The notes beneath the pieces were generated by a model that did no database searches, was not told the origin of the DNA, and saw only the letters and a program-made list of their open reading frames with translations. 64,000 nt of DNA from Atribacterota bacterium (GTDB lineage Bacteria; Atribacterota; Phoenicimicrobiia; Phoenicimicrobiales; Stramentimicrobiaceae), in contig JAXGNR010000007.1 of the NCBI GenBank assembly GCA_040767965.1, positions 32,001 to 96,000 on the forward strand, written 5' to 3'. Position 1 is the first letter of the stretch; the number at the start of each line of letters is the position of its first letter. Position numbers and translations under genes: made by a program. Positions 20,481 through 30,543 of this stretch are shown piece after piece.

Positions 20481-21473
20481 TTAAATAGTCCAGTTTAATA
20501 AAATTGATCCCCAGGTTAAACCTCCTCCAAAACCTACCATTATAATCTTGTTATTTTTCTCTAAAATATTTTCTCTCCTCATCTCATCCAAGGCTAAAGG
20601 AATGCTCGCTGCTGAAGTGTTTCCATAGTGCTGCAGGTTCTTATAAAATTTGGAACAGGGCACTTTTAATTTTTTGGCTACATAATCAATAATTCTATAA
20701 TTTGCCTGATGTGGTACGACATAATCAATATCCTGGATTTGTAAATTATTCTTTTCTAAAACCCTAGTAATACTCTCCAGCATGATATTCGTAGCAAACT
20801 TAAATATTTCTTTTCCATCCATATACATCTGACTATTATTTTGACAATCCTCTTCTGGATATTCCCCAAGTAAAAAAGGATTACTGAGAGGTACAGCTGG
20901 TATATTTAAATACCCTTTCAAATCTCCTTGTGAAGCGGTATAAGTAGAAATAACGCCAGGATATTTGCTTTTCTTTAGTACTGCCGCACCAGCACCATCC
21001 CCAAATAAAACGCAAGTATTTCTATCATTCCAGTTAAGTATTTTTGATAGCACTTCAGCCCCGATCACCAGGGCACACCTACTCTCTCCGGTTTTAATGA
21101 ACTGATCTGCTATCTGTATTCCATAAATAAATCCGGTACAACCAGCAGAAAGATCAAAACTTGTTACATTTTTTAACTCCAATTCTGCCTGCACTAAACA
21201 GGCAGTTGCAGGGGTGAAAAAATCGGGGGTTATTGTGGCCAAAATAACCAAGTCTATCTCTTGAGGATTTATATTTGCATCTTTAATTGCCCGTTGAGCT
21301 GCTTTTACGGCAATATGGGTAGTTGTGTCTCCAGTAGATATTCTTCTTTCAGATATGCCTGTTCTAGTTTTTATCCATTGGTCTGAAGTTTCCATTATAT
21401 TTTCAAGTTCAGTATTTTTTACTATTCTTTCTGGAACATATCCACCTGTTCCAATAATTTCGCTATAAAACAT
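20481..21473 (-). CDS. fabH: Beta-ketoacyl-ACP synthase III
   Basis: AGCTG, FGDGAGA, HQAN, GNTSAAS, GFGGG. Confidence 0.96.
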   Translation of the reverse strand: MFYSEIIGTGGYVPERIVKNTELENIMETSDQWIKTRTGISERRISTGDTTTHIAVKAAQRAIKDANINPQEIDLVILATITPDFFTPATACLVQAELELKNVTSFDLSAGCTGFIYGIQIADQFIKTGESRCALVIGAEVLSKILNWNDRNTCVLFGDGAGAAVLKKSKYPGVISTYTASQGDLKGYLNIPAVPLSNPFLLGEYPEEDCQNNSQMYMDGKEIFKFATNIMLESITRVLEKNNLQIQDIDYVVPHQANYRIIDYVAKKLKVPCSKFYKNLQHYGNTSAASIPLALDEMRRENILEKNNKIIMVGFGGGLTWGSILLNWTI

Positions 21474-21544
21474 TCTTTATTCCTTTATTTATTAATATAA
21501 AATAAATGATAGTTGTATATATGATAATATAATAAAACTTACTA

Positions 21545-21561
21545 TTAGTAGTAGGTGCTAT
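21545..21561 (-). promoter_or_regulatory. FapR-box-like 17-bp imperfect palindrome
   Basis: ATAGCACCTACTACTAA just downstream of the fab promoter; resembles the Bacillus FapR operator TTAGTA-N5-TACTAA. Confidence 0.5.
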
Positions 21562-21572
21562 CATTAGTTTCC

Positions 21573-21601
21573 AGTATAACAATCCTATTTTATGTTGTCA
21601 A
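21573..21601 (-). promoter_or_regulatory. Sigma-70/A promoter of the fab operon
   Basis: TTGACA-17 nt-TATACT with extended TGn. Confidence 0.7.
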
Positions 21602-21647
21602 GAATCAGTTTTACAAATCAAATATCCTAAAGCAGAATCAAGATAAA

Positions 21648-21683
21648 GAAACTGTTTTAAGCAAGAAAGCTCAAAACAGTTTC
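21648..21683 (-). terminator. Intrinsic terminator ending the catabolic operon
   Basis: GAAACTGTTTTGAGC / GCTTAAAACAGTTTC stem followed by TTTATCTT. Confidence 0.55.
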
Positions 21684-21850
21684 GAGTATATTTCTACTTG
21701 AGTACTTGAGGCAACCTATCAGCTTTCGATTAGATTTTTATGTGAGGCAGCAGACATTAATAAAATGCACTATGACAAAAATTTAGTTGAGAAGTGCAAT
21801 TACTATATATTTTATTGATAAGATAAATGAAATCACTAATTATTGGAAAG

Positions 21851-22912
21851 TTATTTATATTTTTTGGTTTTGAGAGGTATTTTGTATTTTTCAGATATTT
21901 TTTCGAGATCAGAAAATATTTCTTCAGAAATTGTAATTCCTTTTTCTTTTCTTATTTCTTCTTTCTCATGTTCAAGTTCTCCTGGAATATATATTTTTGA
22001 AAAATTAGCTGCTAACGGTGCTTCTTTTAGTATGTGAACCATATGATTTAATCTTTTTTGAAACAAGTCATATTCAATAAAATTTTCTATATTAATAGCT
22101 ATAAATAAATGGCCGATATTAAGAGGTTTATCAAATTCTTTAATCCAGGTAGGTATTTCTCCCAGTAAACCACCACCTGTTAAGACAGAAGCCAAAATTT
22201 CAATCATTACTGCTAATCCATATCCTTTATGCTCTCCAAAAGGTAGCAATGCTCCGCCATCAGCTAATGCATCTGGATCATCAGTAAACTTTCCATCCTT
22301 GTCTACAACCCAGTTTTTAGGAATTTTTTCTTTATTTTTTGCTGCAAGCCTTACCTTTCCTCCTGCCACTGTGCTCATTGATATATCCAAAACAATAGGC
22401 AGGTTATTCTGATATGGTACTGCAATAGATATTGGATTATTCCCGATAACAGATTTAGAGCTACCCCATGCTGCCATATTTTGAGAAACACCAGTCATAG
22501 AAATTCCAATCATCTTACCTTCAGCAATTAATGTTGAATAATAGGAAGCTGCTCCAAAGTGAGAGCTATTTCTAACCGCAGAAACAGATATTCCGTTAGA
22601 TTCTGCTTTTTTTTGGGCTATTTTAGATGCATAAACTCCAATTACCTGCCCCATACCATTGTCACCATTAATCAAAACAGAAGATGTGCTCTCTTTAATG
22701 ATTTCAATAAGAGGAGTTGAATTGGTTCCGCCAATTTCTAACCTTTTTAAATAAAAAGGGAACCGCATTATACCATGGGAATCTATTCCTCTCAAATTGG
22801 CAAAAACGAGAGAATTGGCAACTGTAAATGCATCTTGTTTAGAAAGTCCTGCTTTCTCAAGAACATCACTGCAAAATTTCAATAAATTGTCATGCTTTAT
22901 TATAATTCCCAT
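21851..22912 (-). CDS. Ldh_2 (malate/L-lactate/sulfolactate dehydrogenase-like) family oxidoreductase
   Basis: G..SHG, NSSHFG, GNNP, LD.S, G.HKGYG, PGE.E. Confidence 0.88.
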   Translation of the reverse strand: MGIIIKHDNLLKFCSDVLEKAGLSKQDAFTVANSLVFANLRGIDSHGIMRFPFYLKRLEIGGTNSTPLIEIIKESTSSVLINGDNGMGQVIGVYASKIAQKKAESNGISVSAVRNSSHFGAASYYSTLIAEGKMIGISMTGVSQNMAAWGSSKSVIGNNPISIAVPYQNNLPIVLDISMSTVAGGKVRLAAKNKEKIPKNWVVDKDGKFTDDPDALADGGALLPFGEHKGYGLAVMIEILASVLTGGGLLGEIPTWIKEFDKPLNIGHLFIAINIENFIEYDLFQKRLNHMVHILKEAPLAANFSKIYIPGELEHEKEEIRKEKGITISEEIFSDLEKISEKYKIPLKTKKYK

Positions 22913-22995
22913 ATTGTCTTCAATCTTTATTTTATTAGATAATTTTAAAATACAAAAGTTACTTTTTAAAAGGTTTAAATAATTTAAAATTTAAT

Positions 22996-23042
22996 TTACC
23001 TTGCATCAGTTAATAAAAAGCATTCTTTCTGATGCAAGGTAA
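22996..23042 (-). other. Intercistronic stem-loop between rraA and ldh2
   Basis: Perfect 14-bp inverted repeat TTACCTTGCATCAG / CTGATGCAAGGTAA. Confidence 0.55.
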
Positions 23043-23091
23043 TATTTTGATTAATATTTTTTATTTTCTTCTACTATTATTTATGTCATTC

Positions 23092-23778
23092 TTAAAGAAA
23101 TTGGCAGCCGTTTTCTTTTAACTTTTTATCAATCCAACTGCGATCACCAAAAATACCTTTACTAATATTTTCAATTATTCCATGTTCTTTTTCAGAAACT
23201 TTTTTTGCTTCCTCATAGATTTTTTCAGCATCACCTGGAGGGATAACAATTACTCCGTCTTTATCCCCTACAATAATATCTCCAGGATTTACAACTACAC
23301 CACCACAGGCTACCGGGAAATTAACCTCACCAGGCCCATCTTTATAAGGTCCCTTGGGACTTGTTCCAATAGCATAAACTGGAAAATCCATTTCTTGTAT
23401 TGATTCATAATCACGAATGCAGCCATCAATTAAATATCCTGCAGCGCCTCTTTTTTCAGCCATAAGGACCATAATTTCACCCAGAATAGCGCTATGCATA
23501 TCGCCCTCAGCAGCTATTACCAGCACATCACCAGGCTGAACCATGTCTAATGCCTTATGAACCAGCAGATTATCAATGGTTCTTGTCTTGACAGTCAAAG
23601 CGCTTCCAATCATCTGCAAGCCTTTTTTATTATTAATCATTTTTATTTTTGAATCTACACAAAAACTTCTATTCATGCAATCACCGATATTGGCAACAGG
23701 AATTCCTTTAAATTTCTGCATAAGATCCTGAGAAGGTCTTTCAATATTCTCACGTACCCGTAATCCTAAAGTAGACAT
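23092..23778 (-). CDS. RraA family protein (HMG aldolase / oxaloacetate decarboxylase-like)
   Basis: DNL.VH.A, A..GE, DG.IRD, PGD.IVGD.DGV. Confidence 0.88.
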   Translation of the reverse strand: MSTLGLRVRENIERPSQDLMQKFKGIPVANIGDCMNRSFCVDSKIKMINNKKGLQMIGSALTVKTRTIDNLLVHKALDMVQPGDVLVIAAEGDMHSAILGEIMVLMAEKRGAAGYLIDGCIRDYESIQEMDFPVYAIGTSPKGPYKDGPGEVNFPVACGGVVVNPGDIIVGDKDGVIVIPPGDAEKIYEEAKKVSEKEHGIIENISKGIFGDRSWIDKKLKENGCQFL

Positions 23779-23847
23779 TAATATAGCTCCTCCAATTTGA
23801 TTTTTCTTATTATTAATACTATCATCATCATCTAATATAGACGTACC

Positions 23848-25386
23848 CTATTCACTATCAATTATATTACTTTCTTCTGCTTCTAGCTTTCTTAACTGGT
23901 TTGTTTTTTTTATCCTTTTGGCATCTTTGTATATTGCTGAAGTTAGGGAAATAAAAGCTATTACCAATAAACCTAAAGACAATGGTTTATTCAAAAATAT
24001 CATCCAATTTCCAGATGATATCAATAAAGATTGTTGTAATCCTGTTTCTGCCAGGGGGCCTAATATCAATCCCAGTACCATAGGAGCTCTAGGAATGTTG
24101 TATTTTACCATAACATATCCTAATAGCCCAAAGACAAACATCAGACCAACATCAAACATGCTATTATTAATCGCATAAGATCCGATAATGCTTAAAGTAA
24201 TAATAACCGGGGCTAAATAGTCATCTCTAATCTTTGTAATCAACACTCCCATTTTTCCAAAAAACAAACCACTACCTAGCATAATTAAATTTATTATAAA
24301 TAAAGATAATATAATGGTAAAACTTAAATCACCATATTCAGTCATAAATTTTGGACCGGGTCTTAATCCATGAACCAAAAACCCGCCTAGCAAAACAGCA
24401 GTTACTGAACTGCCTGGTATTCCCAAAACCATTAAAGGTATGAGAGAACCTCCTGTAACTGCATTATTTGCAGCTTCAGAAGCTACAACTCCTTCTGGTA
24501 TGCCTGTTCCGAAAAGTTCAGGGTTTTTCGAACTTCTTTTTGCTTCATTGTAGCCTACCCATGTAGCCAAATCTCCACCGGTGCCAGGAACCATACCAAC
24601 CCAAGTTCCAATTATTGAAGATCGTATAATGGTAAACCAGAGAGGCTTTAATTCTTTAAAAGTAGGAAATATTTTTCCAGAAACTTTTTTAGCCTCTAAT
24701 GCTCCTTCTATTTTTTTTTCAATTAGTAATAAAGCCTGTGAAATAGAAAACATCCCAATTAAGGCAATTACCAATGGTATTCCGCTTAATAATTCCACTT
24801 GTCCAAAAGCAAAACGGGACTGACCGGTAACTATATCCAACCCTACCATAGCTACCAATAAACCCAAAAAACCCGCCAGAAGTCCTTTTATCCAATCTCC
24901 TTGTGTTAATGTTGCGATCAATGTTAATCCTAAAATAGCTAATGAAAAATACTCCGGAGGGCCAAATAACAGACTTACTTTTGATAAAGCAGGTGCGATA
25001 AATAATAAGGCAAATGCACTAAAAATACCTCCGATAAAAGAAGCCACCAAAGAAAAACCTATTGCTTTCCCGGCCTGACCTTTTTGGGCCATCGGGTAAC
25101 CATCCAGACAGGTTGCTGCAGCTGCTGGTGTCCCTGGAGTATGCAGTAAAATTGCTGAAATAGATCCTCCATACATCGCCCCACAATAAAGAGCAACTAA
25201 CATTGGAAGACCTATACCAGGATCCATTCCGAAGGTTAAAGGGAGTAAAAGTGCCACTCCCATGGTTGCAGAAAGGCCAGGTAATGCTCCAATTATAATA
25301 CCTATTATTACCCCTGCCAACATAGCTAATAGGCTAATTGGATTCAATACATGCCCAAAAGCCGTAATTAAATTATTTATTATCAT
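23848..25386 (-). CDS. tctA: Tripartite tricarboxylate transporter large permease
   Basis: G..PG, PGTP, DGYPM, E.ANNA, LGIPG. Confidence 0.93.
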   Translation of the reverse strand: MIINNLITAFGHVLNPISLLAMLAGVIIGIIIGALPGLSATMGVALLLPLTFGMDPGIGLPMLVALYCGAMYGGSISAILLHTPGTPAAAATCLDGYPMAQKGQAGKAIGFSLVASFIGGIFSAFALLFIAPALSKVSLLFGPPEYFSLAILGLTLIATLTQGDWIKGLLAGFLGLLVAMVGLDIVTGQSRFAFGQVELLSGIPLVIALIGMFSISQALLLIEKKIEGALEAKKVSGKIFPTFKELKPLWFTIIRSSIIGTWVGMVPGTGGDLATWVGYNEAKRSSKNPELFGTGIPEGVVASEAANNAVTGGSLIPLMVLGIPGSSVTAVLLGGFLVHGLRPGPKFMTEYGDLSFTIILSLFIINLIMLGSGLFFGKMGVLITKIRDDYLAPVIITLSIIGSYAINNSMFDVGLMFVFGLLGYVMVKYNIPRAPMVLGLILGPLAETGLQQSLLISSGNWMIFLNKPLSLGLLVIAFISLTSAIYKDAKRIKKTNQLRKLEAEESNIIDSE

Positions 25387-25461
25387 TGTATATCCCCCTA
25401 TTAAGTTTGAAAAAACCTTGTTTACTACACAATACTTCCTGCTTTTAAATTGTATTATTTT

Positions 25462-25890
25462 TTAGATTATTAATCCATCTGGAGTAGGAACTCTTAACCA
25501 GACACTAAAAATGAAATACAATACTACTATAATTAAAAGAGGAACCACAAAACAATGAGTTTTTTTCATACCCAGATATAAGAACAATAAAAGTAAAAAT
25601 AAGTAAGTGCTGACAAAAAATCCCAGAATATTTGTAAAGTATATATACAAAACTGTAATAACAATAGTAATAAAAACTCTTTGTATCGAAACACCTTCGA
25701 AAGCATTCTTTTCAGGCACACCTTTCCTGAGAAAGCTGCGAATAAATAAAAGTACGCTTAATACAATAATGGAAATTAGAATTACTTTTGGTAACATAGC
25801 TGGAGCAGTCGGCCATTTAATTGTCATCTGGAATAAAAAAATTGACAAGATAATTAAAATAATTGCAATAAATCTATTTGCTTTAACCAA
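25462..25890 (-). CDS. tctB: TTT small permease
   Basis: About 4 TM helices, C-terminal L.VP.P.G; between tctC and tctA. Confidence 0.85.
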   Translation of the reverse strand: MVKANRFIAIILIILSIFLFQMTIKWPTAPAMLPKVILISIIVLSVLLFIRSFLRKGVPEKNAFEGVSIQRVFITIVITVLYIYFTNILGFFVSTYLFLLLLFLYLGMKKTHCFVVPLLIIVVLYFIFSVWLRVPTPDGLII

Positions 25891-25928
25891 TGCCTTACTC
25901 CTTTCTTATTAAATCCTAAATAAATATT

Positions 25929-25961
25929 ATTAGTGAGGGAACTTATCTTTCCCTCACTAAT
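25929..25961 (-). other. Stem-loop downstream of tctC, no U-tract
   Basis: 13-bp perfect stem ATTAGTGAGGGAA / TTCCCTCACTAAT. Confidence 0.6.
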
Positions 25962-26015
25962 TTTTACCATACAAAAATTAATAAATAATAGTAAAACTTA
26001 CTGTACCATTATATA

Positions 26016-26999
26016 TTATTGACCTACTTCAGCCCAGACTGCTTCAAAGTCTTCAGTTAATTTATTGAGAAAATCAGAATAATTTTCAGGCCCTCTTGGG
26101 TCTAAAGGTAAACCGATCTTTTCAGCATTCGCCAGGAATTCTTCATCTTCCATTACTTTCCAAAATGCTTCTTCTAATTTATCGATTGCTTCCTGGGGAG
26201 TTCCTTTTAATACTGAATAACCACGACTGGAACCACTTATAATATCATAGCCCAATTCTCTGGCAGTTGGTACATCGGGGATGAGGGGTGATCTCTCTTC
26301 AGTGTAAATTGCCAGTGCTCTTAAAGCTCCATCTTTAATTTGAGGATAGGTAATCCCTAAGTTGTTTGAAGTAGCTGTAATATGTCCACCTAAAGCTGCC
26401 TGCCAGGAAGGTCCATCTCCAGCAAACGGAACTGCTATAATTTCAATATCTGCTTGTTTGTTCAAAAGATTTACTGCAATCCAATCATCTCCACCAATTC
26501 CTGAATTTCCAACAGTTGCCATTCTGGGATTATCTTTTGCAAATTGAACAAATTCTTCAAAAGTCTGGAATGGGCTATCAGCTCTTACCAATAATACTCC
26601 AGGATCTGTTACTACATTAAAGACCGGTTCGATTTGATCCATTGAATAAGTAACTTCTTCAGGGTTCATAATTGGGTTTCCGTATACTGATGGGGTGCAG
26701 GTAATGTTCATATTATAACCATCAGGTTGCATAGTTTCAACCCAATAGGTTAATCCAACCGCTGCATTTGCTCCAGGCTTATAAACATTTATCAAACTAA
26801 CTCCCAAATATTTCGCAAGCCAAGGTTGAACTGCCTGTGCCAGAGTATCACTTCCTCCTCCTGGTGAATAGTCAATTACTATTGTAATATCTCTCTCAGG
26901 ATATTTTGACCAGTCCTGAGCCATTGCCCCATTGAATAATGCTGTTATTGCAAAAACAGCCAAAATACTTATCAATAATATTTTTTTTGTTCTTAACAT
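26016..26999 (-). CDS. tctC: TTT substrate-binding protein
   Basis: Signal peptide, YP...I, PGGGSD, PDGY, PDVPT..E.G. Confidence 0.92.
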   Translation of the reverse strand: MLRTKKILLISILAVFAITALFNGAMAQDWSKYPERDITIVIDYSPGGGSDTLAQAVQPWLAKYLGVSLINVYKPGANAAVGLTYWVETMQPDGYNMNITCTPSVYGNPIMNPEEVTYSMDQIEPVFNVVTDPGVLLVRADSPFQTFEEFVQFAKDNPRMATVGNSGIGGDDWIAVNLLNKQADIEIIAVPFAGDGPSWQAALGGHITATSNNLGITYPQIKDGALRALAIYTEERSPLIPDVPTARELGYDIISGSSRGYSVLKGTPQEAIDKLEEAFWKVMEDEEFLANAEKIGLPLDPRGPENYSDFLNKLTEDFEAVWAEVGQ

Positions 27000-27135
27000 T
27001 GCTTACTCTCCTTTTTATTTATAGTTATTTTAGATACATTCTAATTTTTATCAATCTATTGTAATTATAGCACCTCCTTTTATTTTTTTCTTTTTAAGTA
27101 AATAACAATTATTTATCTATTTTAATAAATTATTG

Positions 27136-28212
27136 TTATGGAATCAAACCTATTCTTATACATTCTGGGGGAGCAGATAAAAACAACTCCATCGCCTCTT
27201 GTGTTTTTTCCAGGGGAAATACATGAGTAATCATTTTCTCAATAGGATATTTTCGGGAATTAATAATTTTTACAGCATCTTCAACATCCCAGGATTGGCC
27301 ATGACCACCTTTTATTATTAATTCATTATTGACAACATGATCAGTGCAAATATTAACCTTCTTTCCTCCCGTTAATCCGGCAAAAACAATTGTGCCTCCT
27401 GGTTTTATTATATCAAGAGTTGAATTTATAGTTACTTCCACACCTGCACCTTCGATTACCACATCAGCCATTTTCCCTGCAGTTATTTTTTCTATTTCTT
27501 TTACAATATCATTTTTCTGCATATCAACAATATAATCAGCACCAAACTCTATGGCTAATTTAAATTTATTAATATCTTTGCTAATTCCAGCTACTATAAT
27601 TGGTTTCGCCCCAGCTTCTTTAGCGGCAATAACAGATGCCAATCCCTGGGCTCCTGCTCCAAGAATAGCCACTGAATCCCCTGGAGTTACATTTCCTTTT
27701 GTTCTGATCCATCTAAGTCCATTTCCTATAACTGATGAAAGACAGGCCGCTTCTGCTGGTACATTTTTATCTATTTTATGCATTTTTGTTATCGGTAAAA
27801 TAATCATATACTCTGCATAACCTCCCAAAAGAAAAGGAGGGTGATCACAGGTTAAGCTAACACCATAATTATTCCTGGGGGTATGGAATTGATATTCTCC
27901 AGTTAAGCAATATTCACAATTATTACATAATATATATGGTTCTACAGTAACCCTGTCTCCTTTGCTAATATTATATTCCTCTTTTGCTTTTAGCCCAATT
28001 TTTTCCACATAACCAACAATTTCATGGCCTAATATCTTTGGAAAAGAAGATGCTTTATGAGAACCATCAAATAAATGTCTGTCACTACCACAGATAGAAA
28101 CCATCTCCACTTTTAGCAACAGTTCATCATTTTTAATTTCTGGTATTTCAAATGTTTTTTTGATGAATTTTTTTGGTGAAACAAGCACCATTGCATAACA
28201 GTTATTCAACAT
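27136..28212 (-). CDS. Zn-dependent alcohol dehydrogenase (MDR family)
   Basis: ICGSD, GHE and GAGAQG intact; start at 28212 after SD AGGAGGGG. Confidence 0.88.
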   Translation of the reverse strand: MLNNCYAMVLVSPKKFIKKTFEIPEIKNDELLLKVEMVSICGSDRHLFDGSHKASSFPKILGHEIVGYVEKIGLKAKEEYNISKGDRVTVEPYILCNNCEYCLTGEYQFHTPRNNYGVSLTCDHPPFLLGGYAEYMIILPITKMHKIDKNVPAEAACLSSVIGNGLRWIRTKGNVTPGDSVAILGAGAQGLASVIAAKEAGAKPIIVAGISKDINKFKLAIEFGADYIVDMQKNDIVKEIEKITAGKMADVVIEGAGVEVTINSTLDIIKPGGTIVFAGLTGGKKVNICTDHVVNNELIIKGGHGQSWDVEDAVKIINSRKYPIEKMITHVFPLEKTQEAMELFLSAPPECIRIGLIP

Positions 28213-29266
28213 TTTCCCCTCCTGAACTTTTACTATTAGGCTGTACAATTATATTAAGCAATCTGTCAACATTATCTTTTTGATAATATTCCTCAATTTC
28301 TTGGAGAGAATATTTTTTGTAAGGTATTTTTTCTAAAGGCATTTTATAATTTTCAATCATCTGTAATGCTTTTTCAAATTCCCAGGAGTAATTAGAAATG
28401 CCCAATAAATCAAGTTCTTTTTTTGCAAATTGGGACTGAGAAATAGATAACATTTTGTCGGGAAAACTGAAAGGTATTATATACTTACCTTCTGGGGCTA
28501 TCTGGTTGTAAATTTCTTCGTTATTAACTCCCAGATTGTTTTTTGAGTAGTCGGATTGAATAACTATATTAAATTCTTTATTAGTAGCATTAGTATTTAT
28601 AATATCTATCTCAAGGCTATCAGTTATTTCTTTTTCTGCTGGGCTTATTTTTTCTTGAACAATTACTACAGGGTCCAATCCTGCTATTTTAGCAACCAAA
28701 GCACAAGCTATGCTAAAATTATTTAACCCAAGGATAGAAATACTTTTACCAATTCCTCCTTCTCCTTTTTTAAGGATGCATTTTATAGCTTTGGCAACAA
28801 GCCCTGCTAAAGCATATTTTTCAAGCGGTAAATCTTTTTTTAGCTTATGCACTCTTGAACCTTTTAACAATATCATATATTGACTGTAACTTCCCAGCAA
28901 GTATGGTTCTTTATCTGCAGGTAAATGTCCGTAATATTTTTTTTGTACACATAAAGCATAATTCCCCTTTAAGCAAAATTGACATTTTTTACATAAAATA
29001 ACCGGCTCCACAAAAACCAGATCACCTGCATCAACATTATATTCAATTTGAGCTTTTCCCCCTATTTTTACAACTTCTCCGATAGCCTCCGATCCAGGGA
29101 TAAACGGGAAATTCCTCTCGGTATCATCATTAAGAAAACTTAATGGAATAAAAGGAGATCCTGATACTTTTACCAGTACTTGAGTTTCATCAATTTCTGG
29201 AACTATATAAGTATATAATTCCATTTCTAAGTCTTTATTGATACGGATACTGTTAGCTTTTAACAT
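28202..29266 (-). CDS. Degenerate MDR/Zn-ADH homolog (catalytic Zn ligands and Rossmann glycines lost)
   Basis: GSE in place of GHE, no catalytic Cys, GLNNFS in place of GxGxxG; structural CKKCQFC-x7-C retained. Confidence 0.7.
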   Translation of the reverse strand: MLKANSIRINKDLEMELYTYIVPEIDETQVLVKVSGSPFIPLSFLNDDTERNFPFIPGSEAIGEVVKIGGKAQIEYNVDAGDLVFVEPVILCKKCQFCLKGNYALCVQKKYYGHLPADKEPYLLGSYSQYMILLKGSRVHKLKKDLPLEKYALAGLVAKAIKCILKKGEGGIGKSISILGLNNFSIACALVAKIAGLDPVVIVQEKISPAEKEITDSLEIDIINTNATNKEFNIVIQSDYSKNNLGVNNEEIYNQIAPEGKYIIPFSFPDKMLSISQSQFAKKELDLLGISNYSWEFEKALQMIENYKMPLEKIPYKKYSLQEIEEYYQKDNVDRLLNIIVQPNSKSSGGENVE

Positions 29267-29318
29267 ACCTTTTCCTATTATCTTTCTTATTTAGATATTT
29301 TTTTGATTTAAAACTAAG

Positions 29319-30527
29319 CTATAATAACTCATTTATTAATAATTTTGCTGGATTTTCTAACCAGACATTCACTTCCTTTGCAAATTTAGCAATTTGGGCA
29401 CCATCAATTACCTGGTGATCATATGAAATACATAAATTCATTATTTTTCTTATTTTAATTTGATCATTATCATCCACTATTGGCTTTTTAGACATTTTAC
29501 CCATCCAAAGTAAAACACTTTGGTCTCCCTGGATTATCGGGGTAGATAAAATAGAGCCAAAGCTGCCAGCATTAGAAATAGTAATTGTGCCATTGCCAAT
29601 ATATTCAGGAGTCAATGTTCCCGTTCTAGCATTTTTAATTAAAGCGTCAATCTTTTTAGTTAATTGCCAGAAAGACAGCTTTTCGGTATTATGAATAACT
29701 GGTACTATCAATCCACTTTCACTTTCAACAGCTATTCCAAAATTAATATATTTTTTGATTATTATCCGGTCCCCTGATAAAGTCGAGTTAATAATCGGAA
29801 ATTTTTTAATTGCTTCAATGGCAGCCTTCACAACAAATGCAAGCAATGTCAAATTGATACCATGTTCTTCTTTCAGGTCAGTTTTTAACATATTTCGAAT
29901 AATTTCTGTATTAGTGACATCAACTTCCAGGGTAGTTGTCACCTGTACTTTATTATTTTTGCTTGCTGTTAATCTTTTTGCAATCTCTTTCCTGATTCCT
30001 TCAAAAGCTATAACTTCTTCATCTTTATTGTCTTCTATTGCGGTTTTCCCTTCAAGATATTTTAAGACATCTTTTTTTGTAACTGAGTTATCTGGTCCCG
30101 TTCCGGCTATTTTGCTTATATCCAAATTGTTTTGTTTAGCAATGTGTTTTGCTGCAGGAGTGGATTTATTGTTTTTATTATTTTCCAAATCCAGGTCAAC
30201 TTGTTTTTTTATAGTGTTTTTTTCAAAAACTTTTTGTTCTTGCTCCTGGCTGATTTGTGGTTTTTGTTTTTCTGAAATAAAATCCATTTCTTTGGTCTCA
30301 CTCACTAAAGCTAACGCTTCATTTACTTTTACCAGCTCACCTGCATTATATAATTTCTTCATTAAAAACCCATTTATAGGAGATACGACTTCAAAGGTTA
30401 CCTTGTCTGTTTCGACTTCTGCAATTGGTTCATCTTTTTTAATTTCGCTTCCTTCTTCTTTTAACCAATTAACAATTTTAGCATCAAGAATAGCTACCCC
30501 TAAACTGGGTAATGTTACTTCAATCAT
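29319..30527 (-). CDS. Dihydrolipoamide acyltransferase (E2) of a 2-oxoacid/acetoin dehydrogenase complex
   Basis: Lipoyl ETDK, E3-binding TP.A...A...GTG, catalytic DHQVIDG. Confidence 0.92.
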   Translation of the reverse strand: MIEVTLPSLGVAILDAKIVNWLKEEGSEIKKDEPIAEVETDKVTFEVVSPINGFLMKKLYNAGELVKVNEALALVSETKEMDFISEKQKPQISQEQEQKVFEKNTIKKQVDLDLENNKNNKSTPAAKHIAKQNNLDISKIAGTGPDNSVTKKDVLKYLEGKTAIEDNKDEEVIAFEGIRKEIAKRLTASKNNKVQVTTTLEVDVTNTEIIRNMLKTDLKEEHGINLTLLAFVVKAAIEAIKKFPIINSTLSGDRIIIKKYINFGIAVESESGLIVPVIHNTEKLSFWQLTKKIDALIKNARTGTLTPEYIGNGTITISNAGSFGSILSTPIIQGDQSVLLWMGKMSKKPIVDDNDQIKIRKIMNLCISYDHQVIDGAQIAKFAKEVNVWLENPAKLLINELL

Positions 30528-30543
30528 TATTTTCCTCCTTTAA

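Noticed and set aside
21690-21800. Possible structured sRNA (TGAGGCA twice, weak stem)
   Set aside because: Pairing is weak and no family motif is recognisable
29755-30543. 262-aa plus-strand ORF and the many other 60-160 aa antisense ORFs in the track
   Set aside because: They overlap well-supported minus-strand genes and show no family motifs or RBS
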